A stretch of DNA of 64,000 nt from Candidatus Eiseniibacteriota bacterium (lineage in GTDB: Bacteria; Joyebacterota; Joyebacteria; Joyebacterales; Joyebacteraceae), in contig JBDRIO010000032.1 of NCBI GenBank assembly GCA_043815815.1, forward strand, positions 1,350 through 65,349, written 5' to 3'. This document shows, in pieces, positions 30,701-37,601 of this stretch. Both the position numbers and the translations under genes were made by a program. How positions within the stretch are numbered: position 1 is the stretch's first letter; each line of letters starts with the position of its first letter. The notes beneath the pieces are model-generated. The model saw only the letters and a list, made by a program, of their open reading frames with translations, ran no database searches and was not told the DNA's origin.

Positions 30701-33700
30701 TCATGAGGCTCCTCTCGAAGGCCGGGAACGACTACTCGAAGTACCAGTTCTTCGAGTTCTGGATCGACGCCGGCGCGGATCCGCAGGGTACCGTCCACAT
30801 CGACCTCGGCACGGTCAGCGAGGACTACTACCCGCTCCGCGCGCCGAACGGGGAGCTCGACACCGAGGACTACGACAGGAACGGCTTCGACGCGGACGAG
30901 GACACGGGACTCGACAACTGCTGCAACACGGGGCAGTGCGCGAGCCAGGAACCGGGCTGCGTCGAGAACACGCAGCCGTCCGACGACTACGCCTACGACT
31001 ACCAGGGCGACCCTGACAACTACCGCAAGATCAACGGCACCGAGAACAACGACAGACTGGATACGGAGGATCTGAACGGGAACTACTACATCGACACGGA
31101 GAACCGTTACTGGGAACTGACGGTCGACCTCTCGGACGACACCTATCTCGTTCAGGACAACAACACGTACGAAGATCCCGCGAAGCGCACCGACTGGCGG
31201 CTCTACCGGATCCCTCTGGACGAGGCGCTCGCCATCGGCGGCATACAGAGCTGGGAGATCATCAAGGCCGCGCGGATCTGGTTCGAGGGCCTGGACGTCG
31301 CCGACGAGCACGTCCTCATCGGTTCGCTCGACATCGTCGGGAGCCAGTGGGAGCCGGGGCGCGTCCGGGACGAGAACGGCGTTGCCGTGCCGGAGGACCA
31401 GCTCGCCGGCGCCGACTTCCGCGTCACGGCGAAGAACACGAAGGAAGACGCGGACTACAGCCCGCCGTTCGAGCCCGGCGTCGACGAGGACACCGGACTC
31501 CTGAAGCGCGAGCAGTCGCTCGTGCTCCAGTACGAGAACCTGAGGCCCGGCCACCAGGCCGCCGCCCGCAGGCTCCTCTTCACCGAGGAGAACTACACCA
31601 GATACGGCTCTCTCAAGTTCTACGTTCACGGAGAGAACGAGGTCGAGGACGGCACCGTCTTCTTCGTCAGGATCGGCGCCGACTCGCTCAACTATTACGA
31701 ATACAGCCTCGAGCTGCGGCCGGGGTGGGTTCAGGACGTGGTCGTGGCCGGCAAGAGCCTGACTCTCCCGTTCACGTCGTTCACCAATCTGAAGCTGGAC
31801 GAGTACGCCGAGTCCGACACGGTCTTCGTCTGGGGAGACACGACGAGCGTCAAGGGCGAGAGGTTCGCAAGGATCGGCCAGCCATCTCTCTCGCGTGTCC
31901 GCCAGATGAGCGTCGGTGTCCGCAACGCACGCAGCACGGGGATGAGCAACGAGATCACCGGGGAGATCTGGGTCGACGACATGCGTCTGATCGACGTCCG
32001 CAAGGAGATCGGCTGGGCGAAGAGGGCCACCGTCGACGCCAAGTTCGCGGACCTCGCCTCGGTGCGGTTCGACCTGCGCCACGTCGACGGGGACTTCCAC
32101 ACACTGAAACAGACCCAGGGCTCCGGACAGGACAACCTGAGCTACAACGTCAACGGGACCGTCAACGTCGACCGGTTCGCGAGCGGGCTGGGCGTCGCGG
32201 CGCCGGTCGCCTTCGCCTGGAAGAAGTCGGTGACGAGGCCGCAGTTCTCGAGCGGTTCGGACGTCGTCCTGTCCGAGGAGCAGAGCGACGACGAGAAGAC
32301 GGAGTCGCTCGACACGAGTGTCGCGGCCTCTCTGTCGCGGAAGAGGCAGTCCGCCGGGTTCTGGACCCATCTCCTCGTGGACGGGCTCTCTCTGAGGGCG
32401 TCGGTCGCCGAGAACAAGAGACTGTCCCCGACGAGGGCGGACACCGGACGAACGGTCAGGGGACGGCTCGCGTACAAGTACAACCCGACCCGTCAGGGTT
32501 TCCGCGTCTTCCGCGAGGCCCGCCTGTTCCTCAAGCCTACGAGCGTCCGGTTCAGCGTGGACGGACACGTCTCTCACAGTCTGAGCTACGACGTGTCGTC
32601 GGTGGGCGTTCAGACCAAGCGCACCGACAACTTCGACAAGAAGCTCAACGGCGAGGGGCACGTCGATTTCCAGTTCCTCGAGAACGTGAAGACATCACAC
32701 TCGGTCTCCTTCGTGAGGGACCTCGCGCAGACGAACAAGGCGTTTTTCGAGCGCAACATCGGCGTCGAGACCGAACGGCGATACGGCAACAGCCTGACCT
32801 TCAACGCCAAGTTCGGCAGATGGCTCGCGCCTCAGTACCGATTCACGTCTTCCTTCACCGACGACCACGGACCGCAGGTGCGCCAGCCCGGAGACCCGTT
32901 CGGCATCCGGAACGTCCGCGGGCAGAGCAACCAGGAGATTGGAACGAGCTTCGACCTCAAGAAGCTCCTGGGGACGGGACCGTCGAAGGCGCCGTCGCGC
33001 CCCGAGCAGCGGGACCGCGGGGACGAACGCGAGCGCGCTCCCCGCGAGACCGCCGAGGGCACGGACCCGTGGACCGGCGGTTCCGAGCCGGTCGACGCGG
33101 ACGACACCGGGACCGGCGGTTCCGCGGCGGTCGACCCCGAAGACACCGGTTCCGGGGCGGTCGACGCGGAAGACAGCGGTGCCGGAGCGGATGAGGGCGA
33201 CGGGGCGGACGGAAGCGCAGACGGGACGCGGACCCAGGAGCGGGCGCCGGACGGCGGGACAGCGGGTCGTGATGACGCCGGCGACGCTGTCGTGACACCC
33301 GATGGCGAGCAGGCGGCGGGCGATGCGACCGACGGACCGGGTTTCTCGGTCCTGTTCGACCCGGTGCTCTCGTTCCTGAGGGCGATGGACGCCATCGACG
33401 TTCAGTACGGACTCAAGCGCTCGTCCCGGTACAACAGGATCAGCGAGGGCGACATGCCCGGCTGGGCGTATCGGCTGGGCATCGAGACGGGCGAGGGAGC
33501 CGATGAGTGGGCCGACGAACATAACGTCTCGGTGGGCAGCGGCGTGCGGCTCAGCAAGGACATCAAGATCAGCGGCGATTACAGGTGGAACAAGAACGGC
33601 AAGTGGAGCCGGACTCGGAACCCGGACACTGGCGAGTTCTATCCGGCCACCCGAACCGAGGGGATGAATGAGTCGACCAAGGGATCGGTCTCCTGGTCCG

Positions 33701-34293
33701 GCGTCGAGAAGGTGGGCGCGCTCTCCGGCATGTTCCGCTCCATCCGCGCGCGAAGCGGCGTCGAGTACAAGCGGGGCTACTCGGGCCCGTACGGAGACCC
33801 GAAGTCCAGGTCGAAGGCCATGCTCCTAAGCCCGATCGTGTCTCTCGACACAACGTTCAAGAACGGTGTGACGACGAGCTTCTCGTGGGACAGAAAGAAG
33901 AACACGAGCTTCAACCTGACGGGAACGGGGTCGGTGACCGAAGACGTGACGGGGACGATGAGCGTCTCGATGAACTACCGATTCTCCGCTCCGCAGGGAC
34001 TCAAGCTCCCGTTCTTCGGACAGAAGCTGCGGTTCCAGAGCAATCTGGACACGTCGCTCACGTTCCGCACGTCCGCCAAGGAGACCAGGACCGCGGCCAC
34101 GGAGGAGGGCCTCGTCGTTGCGGAGCCGACGGCGGCCACGCGCGACTTCTCGGTGACGGCGGACGCGACGTACAGCTTCTCGAGAAGCGTGTCCGGCGGG
34201 CTCCAGTTCAGCTTCGCGCAGAGCAAGGACGAGAAGCGCGACCAGACCAGACGCACGATAGGCGTGCACCTGACCGCGGAGTTCAAGTTCTGA
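27793..34293 (+). CDS. sprA: giant outer-membrane beta-barrel protein, SprA/Sov-like (putative type IX secretion translocon), 2166 aa
   Basis: N-terminal signal peptide (VVTAVALLVFMSASVVLC). The size, and segments such as RITFGGQTSYVV...LDMEQQLSVNLEGTIGRKIHVYVDHRSG, resemble SprA as I remember it. C-terminus ...HLTAEFKF ends in Phe, as in BAM-dependent barrels. Not verified by HMM. Confidence 0.6.
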   Translation: MPKTVATRHLKVVTAVALLVFMSASVVLCEDEPAAPGTYAPPPDSLEFPEADVRLRLAVPPPAGATDSLSIAPDDTVGTAGGAPRASSVPDSLAAAAPDSLAASVPDSLTAAVPDSLSGEAPDTTAVPRPLPPVLLGGVGFRVPFKHSMSFVRPWTARQPLPGRGLRPGVPRATWDQLRNMPFERMIEIDLETETVYVVTEAGDHLAYATFVTDLPEFRRSAGREEVRARWRSAVLPTLGSSGSEQAGGFLDIDIPMPLPGPFVRAIGPGANLKVRGSERITFGGQTSYVVDALDQESGPASRFPQLDMEQQLSVNLEGTIGRKIHVYVDHRSGGDAFSTSKANQIRVRYEGDEDEIIQRIELGEVNLSLPGTEFVSYSGHHEGLFGAKLTGKIGKLDFVTIASKEEGKSAGASFAGGAESDSLVINDIQYKANTFYAPDSSILKTTEEFRNLVVYVDDRDGSNDIETGAVQGRAFLDSPADTAAPGGVYQLGRFDELIELEDYVLPTDKFGVQVGILEFLRPISENSVMAVRYETSQGRVVGGVGANGKLRLKMVKKDGGVDQDWEPIRSRELKNVYDLGADDIPELGFELKIRKRSSTGEDLDVNAQGVPYLQLLGLDSHDLSGNPTPDNIVDFEYVDFENGYLVFPHYTPFCPAYDENDNFYYNAGDTLHYQAFARGLDPYNCFVYSKETFDPSDDVYYVQVNYDRPKTTFTLGHINIIENSEVVRVNGVRLTRGTDYTIYYPAGQLTLLAEEAKDPEAKVTVDYDYKPFGVGGEKTLLGARGVYNWSENIQLGTTWMYQSKGTPDDRPRLGEEPSRTVVGDVNLAADFQPDFMTRMADAIPLVDTDAPSHLKISAETAVSIPEPNTKGFVSIDDMEGVESIAALGVSRRLWVPSSIPVDEAGAEAVAAADREYINWYNPDRLVRRGELFPYLPDQEFDDIHTVLALRDYHADTVAEPWGGGDWAGLMRLLSKAGNDYSKYQFFEFWIDAGADPQGTVHIDLGTVSEDYYPLRAPNGELDTEDYDRNGFDADEDTGLDNCCNTGQCASQEPGCVENTQPSDDYAYDYQGDPDNYRKINGTENNDRLDTEDLNGNYYIDTENRYWELTVDLSDDTYLVQDNNTYEDPAKRTDWRLYRIPLDEALAIGGIQSWEIIKAARIWFEGLDVADEHVLIGSLDIVGSQWEPGRVRDENGVAVPEDQLAGADFRVTAKNTKEDADYSPPFEPGVDEDTGLLKREQSLVLQYENLRPGHQAAARRLLFTEENYTRYGSLKFYVHGENEVEDGTVFFVRIGADSLNYYEYSLELRPGWVQDVVVAGKSLTLPFTSFTNLKLDEYAESDTVFVWGDTTSVKGERFARIGQPSLSRVRQMSVGVRNARSTGMSNEITGEIWVDDMRLIDVRKEIGWAKRATVDAKFADLASVRFDLRHVDGDFHTLKQTQGSGQDNLSYNVNGTVNVDRFASGLGVAAPVAFAWKKSVTRPQFSSGSDVVLSEEQSDDEKTESLDTSVAASLSRKRQSAGFWTHLLVDGLSLRASVAENKRLSPTRADTGRTVRGRLAYKYNPTRQGFRVFREARLFLKPTSVRFSVDGHVSHSLSYDVSSVGVQTKRTDNFDKKLNGEGHVDFQFLENVKTSHSVSFVRDLAQTNKAFFERNIGVETERRYGNSLTFNAKFGRWLAPQYRFTSSFTDDHGPQVRQPGDPFGIRNVRGQSNQEIGTSFDLKKLLGTGPSKAPSRPEQRDRGDERERAPRETAEGTDPWTGGSEPVDADDTGTGGSAAVDPEDTGSGAVDAEDSGAGADEGDGADGSADGTRTQERAPDGGTAGRDDAGDAVVTPDGEQAAGDATDGPGFSVLFDPVLSFLRAMDAIDVQYGLKRSSRYNRISEGDMPGWAYRLGIETGEGADEWADEHNVSVGSGVRLSKDIKISGDYRWNKNGKWSRTRNPDTGEFYPATRTEGMNESTKGSVSWSGVEKVGALSGMFRSIRARSGVEYKRGYSGPYGDPKSRSKAMLLSPIVSLDTTFKNGVTTSFSWDRKKNTSFNLTGTGSVTEDVTGTMSVSMNYRFSAPQGLKLPFFGQKLRFQSNLDTSLTFRTSAKETRTAATEEGLVVAEPTAATRDFSVTADATYSFSRSVSGGLQFSFAQSKDEKRDQTRRTIGVHLTAEFKF
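28057..28152 (+). repeat. 4 x 24-bp in-frame tandem repeat (PDSLxAAx) in the N-terminal region of the SprA-like protein
   Basis: Units 28057-28080, 28081-28104, 28105-28128 and 28129-28152 (GTGCCCGACTCGCTCGCGGCGGCG and variants). They encode VPDSLAAA APDSLAAS VPDSLTAA VPDSLSGE. Confidence 0.9.
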
Positions 34294-35180
34294 TGAACCC
34301 GAGCCGGGTCCAGAAGATCGTGGTCGCCCCGCTCCTGGTGCTCCTGCTGGGGGGATGCGGCGGACCGGAGTTCGACCAGGAGAGCGCCTTCGGCTTCCTC
34401 GAGGCTCAGTGTGCATTCGGGCCCAGGCCTCCCGGAAGCGGGGCGCATGGGCGGACGGCGGAGTGGCTCGTCGAGACGCTCTCTCACTCGGCCGACGAGG
34501 TGGCGGTCCAGCGCTTCACGGTGCCGACCGACACGGGGCAGGTCCGGCTCACGAACGTCATCGCGTCGTTCCGGCCGGATGAGCGGGAGAGGGTCCTCCT
34601 GGGCGCGCACTGGGACACCAGAGCGGTTGCCGAGCGGGATCCGGAGCCCGGGAACCGGGGCCTCCCGATCCCCGGAGCGAACGACGGAGCGTCGGGCGTG
34701 GCCGTCCTGCTCGAACTGGCGAGGCTCATGGGCGAGCGGGCCCCGCGCGTGGGGGTCGACATCGTCCTGTTCGACGGGGAGGACGGGGGCAACGACGGGG
34801 GCCTCGTGGACTGGTGTCTGGGCTCGACGTACTACGCCTCAACGATGGGCGCGTATTGCCCACGCTACGCCGTCATCGTGGACATGGTGGGCGACGCCGA
34901 CCTATCCATCCCCAGAGAGCCGAACTCGGTCGACGCGTGCTCCGATATCGTCGACATCGTCTGGCGCGCCGCGGAGAGAGTGGGATCGGACGCGTTCCTG
35001 CCCGGACTCGGCAAGGCCATGTATGACGACCACGTCCCCCTCATCCGGGCGGGCGTCCCGACGGCGCTCGTGATCGACGCCAGCTACGCCTACTGGCACA
35101 CGCTGGACGACACTCCGGCCCGATGCTCTCCCGCGAGCCTGGGACAGGTCGGCCGCGTCCTCGTCGAGCTGGTGTACTGA
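34293..35180 (+). CDS. M28-family lipoprotein, glutaminyl-peptide cyclotransferase-like
   Basis: ATG overlaps the upstream TGA (TGATG). Lipobox LLLGGC. LLGAHWDTRAVAERD, GANDGASGVAVLLELARLM, VLFDGEDGG and YWHTLDDT form the metal-ligand pattern of the M28/bacterial QC family. Confidence 0.6.
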   Translation: MNPSRVQKIVVAPLLVLLLGGCGGPEFDQESAFGFLEAQCAFGPRPPGSGAHGRTAEWLVETLSHSADEVAVQRFTVPTDTGQVRLTNVIASFRPDERERVLLGAHWDTRAVAERDPEPGNRGLPIPGANDGASGVAVLLELARLMGERAPRVGVDIVLFDGEDGGNDGGLVDWCLGSTYYASTMGAYCPRYAVIVDMVGDADLSIPREPNSVDACSDIVDIVWRAAERVGSDAFLPGLGKAMYDDHVPLIRAGVPTALVIDASYAYWHTLDDTPARCSPASLGQVGRVLVELVY

Positions 35181-35197
35181 CCTCCGTCGTCGCCCGC

Positions 35198-35350
35198 CCT
35201 GCGTTGCCCCCGTGCACCTGCGTTGCCCCCGTGCACCTGCGTTGCCCCCGTGCACCTGCGTTGCCCCCCGTGCACCTGCGTTGCCCCCCGTGCACCTGCG
35301 TTGCCCCCGCGCACCTGCGTTGCCCCCGCGCACTTACGTTACCCCCGCGC
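35198..35350 (+). repeat. 8 x 19-20-bp head-to-tail tandem repeat (unit CCTGCGTTGCCCCCGTGCA), intergenic
   Basis: Units begin at 35198, 35217, 35236, 35255, 35275, 35295, 35314 and 35333. Copies 4-5 carry an extra C, copies 6-7 have GTGCA changed to GCGCA, and copy 8 is degenerate. Confidence 0.95.
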
Positions 35351-35460
35351 TCGTAAGTTTTCCCTTGCGCCTCCTCAGGGGCCGTGCTACCTTGTCAGTC
35401 GGGAAGTGGGCTGGGCGCCCACTTTCTCCGTAATGGGGACCTTTGCGGGGACATTGCCGC

Positions 35461-35913
35461 ATGTACAAGCGGGACGAGGAGCTCTACGAACTCTGCTTCG
35501 ACCTGGTCGCCGGAATGGGCTTCCAACTTGTGTCGGTGGAGGACGTGGTCGATCACGGCCGCAGGGCCTTCCGCTTCTACATAGACCGCCCGAACGGGAT
35601 CGTGGTCGAGGACTGCGTGTCGGTCAGCAAGGAGATCGAGTACCTGCTGGACGCCGAGCTCGACTTCGACGGGGCCTTCGTGCTCGAGGTGAGTTCCCCG
35701 GGTCTCGACCACCGCCTGAGCCAAGAGCGTGAGTACGCGCACTTCAAGGGCAAGCGCGCCCGGCTGGTCTTGAGGGAGCCTGACGACGGCCGCAACGTCG
35801 TCGTCGGAGTTATCGCGGGCGCAGGCGCGGGGGCAGTACGGATCGTTCCCGACGACGGACCCGAGGTCACGGTTTCGCTCGAGAACGTCGTGCGCGCACG
35901 ACTCATGATCTGA
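35461..35913 (+). CDS. rimP: ribosome maturation factor RimP
   Basis: MYKRDEELYELCFDLVAGMGFQLVSVEDV...FRFYIDRPNGIVVEDCVSVSKEIEYLLD...LEVSSPGLDHRL. Sits upstream of nusA. Confidence 0.85.
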   Translation: MYKRDEELYELCFDLVAGMGFQLVSVEDVVDHGRRAFRFYIDRPNGIVVEDCVSVSKEIEYLLDAELDFDGAFVLEVSSPGLDHRLSQEREYAHFKGKRARLVLREPDDGRNVVVGVIAGAGAGAVRIVPDDGPEVTVSLENVVRARLMI

Positions 35914-35964
35914 CCGTCAGCGCACGGCGTTTCGACCGGACCTATTCGCGAGAGGGAGAGTTCG

Positions 35965-37551
35965 ATGAACACGGGAGTTCTGGAGGCGCTCCGCAGAATA
36001 GCCAGGGAGAAGCAGCTCGACGGAGCCCTGCTCGTAGAGGCGCTCGAGGCCGGCCTTCTGTCGGCAGCGCGCAAGAAGTACGGAGCGGATGCCGCCATCG
36101 AGGTCATCGTCGACGACGAGAACGACGTCCTCGCGGTCTCTCTTCTGAAGACCGTGGTGGAGGAGCCCGAGGACTTCGATTCCGAGATGGACCTGGATGA
36201 GGCTCTGGAGCTGGACTCGGCCGCCGAGCTGGGTGACGTCATGAGGGTGGAGGTTCCTCTGGACGAGTTCGGCAGGAACGCTATCCAGGCGGCTAAGCAG
36301 ATCGTGGTGCAGCGTGTCCGCGAGGCGGAGCGCGAGCAGATCTACGAGGACTTCCAGGATCGGATCGGCGAGATCGTGACCGGCGATGTCCAGCAGATCG
36401 AGCGGGGCGGCATCGTGGTCAATCTGGGCCGGACCGAGGCGCTCCTGCCTCCGCGCGAGCAGATTCGGAGAGAGAGATACCGGCAGGGCGACAGGATACG
36501 CGCGTACGTCCTGTCCGTCGAGAAGTCGACGAAGGGCCCGCAGATCATCCTCTCGCGGACGCATCCGAACTTCCTGAAGAAGCTCTTCCGGCTGGAAGTG
36601 CCCGAGATCTACGACGGCGTCGTGGAGATCGTGGTGATAGCCCGCGAGGCCGGTGGACGCTCGAAGGTCGCGGTCGTGTCGCACGACGAGCGCGTCGACC
36701 CTGTGGGGGCGTGCGTGGGAGTCAAGGGCTCACGCATTCAGACGATCGTCCGCGAGCTGGCGGGCGAGAAGATCGACATCGTGCCCTGGAGCGCCGATCC
36801 CTCCGTCGTCGTGAGCAGGGCCCTGAATCCGGCCAAGGTGTCGAGGGCGCTCGTGAGCGAGGGGGACCGGTCGGTCAAGGTGATCGTTCCCGACGACCAG
36901 CTCTCCCTGGCCATCGGCCGCGGGGGGCAGAACGCCCGCTTGGCCGCAAAGCTCACCGGGTGGAGGATCGACATCGTAGGAGAGACGGAGCACACCCGAG
37001 AGCTCGAGATCGACCTGGGGCAGCGCACCGACGTGGGCGAGCTGCCGGGCGTCGGGCCGAAGCTCGCAGAGAACCTCCAGGCGGTCGGGTACAGGTACGT
37101 TCAGGACCTGGAGGGGGTCTCGGCCGAAGACATACTGAGGGTCCCCGGCGTGGGAACGAAGACGGCCGAGAAGATCACCATCGCCGTGGCCGCCGTGCTC
37201 GAGGTCCTCGAGGAGGAGAAGCAGGCGATGCTTCGCGAACTCGAGGAACAGGCGCGCGCCGAGGCCGCTGAGGCCGCCAGGCAGCGCGAGCTGCGTCGGT
37301 CCGAGGCCGCCGAGGAGCTCGAGGAAGAAGGGGACGAAGGGGAAGAAGGGGACGAGGGGGAAGAAGGGGACGAGGGGGACGAGGGAGAGGACGAGAGCGA
37401 CGACGATCCCACGGACGACGAGTCGTCCGAAGAGGACGGGTCGAAAAAGCAGGACGAGAGCGACGAGGGCTCCCCGGACGATCAGTCCGACGGGGACGAC
37501 GAGTCCTCGGAGGATCCGGCCGAGGCCGGCGAAGAAGAGACCGAAGACTAG
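35965..37551 (+). CDS. nusA: transcription termination/antitermination factor NusA with long acidic C-terminal tail
   Basis: N-terminal domain, S1 (GEIVTGDVQQIERGGIVVNLG), KH1/KH2 (GACVGVKGSRIQTIVRELAGEKIDIV; LAIGRGGQNARLAAKLTGWRIDI), HhH (LPGVGPKLAENL...VPGVGTKTAEKI), then an (EEGDEG)n acidic tail. Confidence 0.95.
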   Translation: MNTGVLEALRRIAREKQLDGALLVEALEAGLLSAARKKYGADAAIEVIVDDENDVLAVSLLKTVVEEPEDFDSEMDLDEALELDSAAELGDVMRVEVPLDEFGRNAIQAAKQIVVQRVREAEREQIYEDFQDRIGEIVTGDVQQIERGGIVVNLGRTEALLPPREQIRRERYRQGDRIRAYVLSVEKSTKGPQIILSRTHPNFLKKLFRLEVPEIYDGVVEIVVIAREAGGRSKVAVVSHDERVDPVGACVGVKGSRIQTIVRELAGEKIDIVPWSADPSVVVSRALNPAKVSRALVSEGDRSVKVIVPDDQLSLAIGRGGQNARLAAKLTGWRIDIVGETEHTRELEIDLGQRTDVGELPGVGPKLAENLQAVGYRYVQDLEGVSAEDILRVPGVGTKTAEKITIAVAAVLEVLEEEKQAMLRELEEQARAEAAEAARQRELRRSEAAEELEEEGDEGEEGDEGEEGDEGDEGEDESDDDPTDDESSEEDGSKKQDESDEGSPDDQSDGDDESSEDPAEAGEEETED

Positions 37552-37601
37552 CGGCGGGGAGACCGGTGCCCTGCCGACCGAGCCATTGACGGAGGTTCCG
37601 C

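Noticed and set aside
28144-32661. A 1505-aa ORF on the minus strand, fully antisense to the SprA-like gene.
   Set aside because: It lies opposite a gene with a coherent signal peptide and beta-barrel features. Its translation is Arg/Pro/Gly/Val/Asp-rich low-information sequence, typical of stop-free antisense frames in GC3-rich genes. It has no RBS or independent motif.
35198-35350. A possible CRISPR array, suggested by the regular short repeats.
   Set aside because: The repeats are directly head-to-tail with no spacers, the unit is only 19-20 bp, and there are no cas genes in the window. It is a minisatellite-type tandem repeat, not a CRISPR array.
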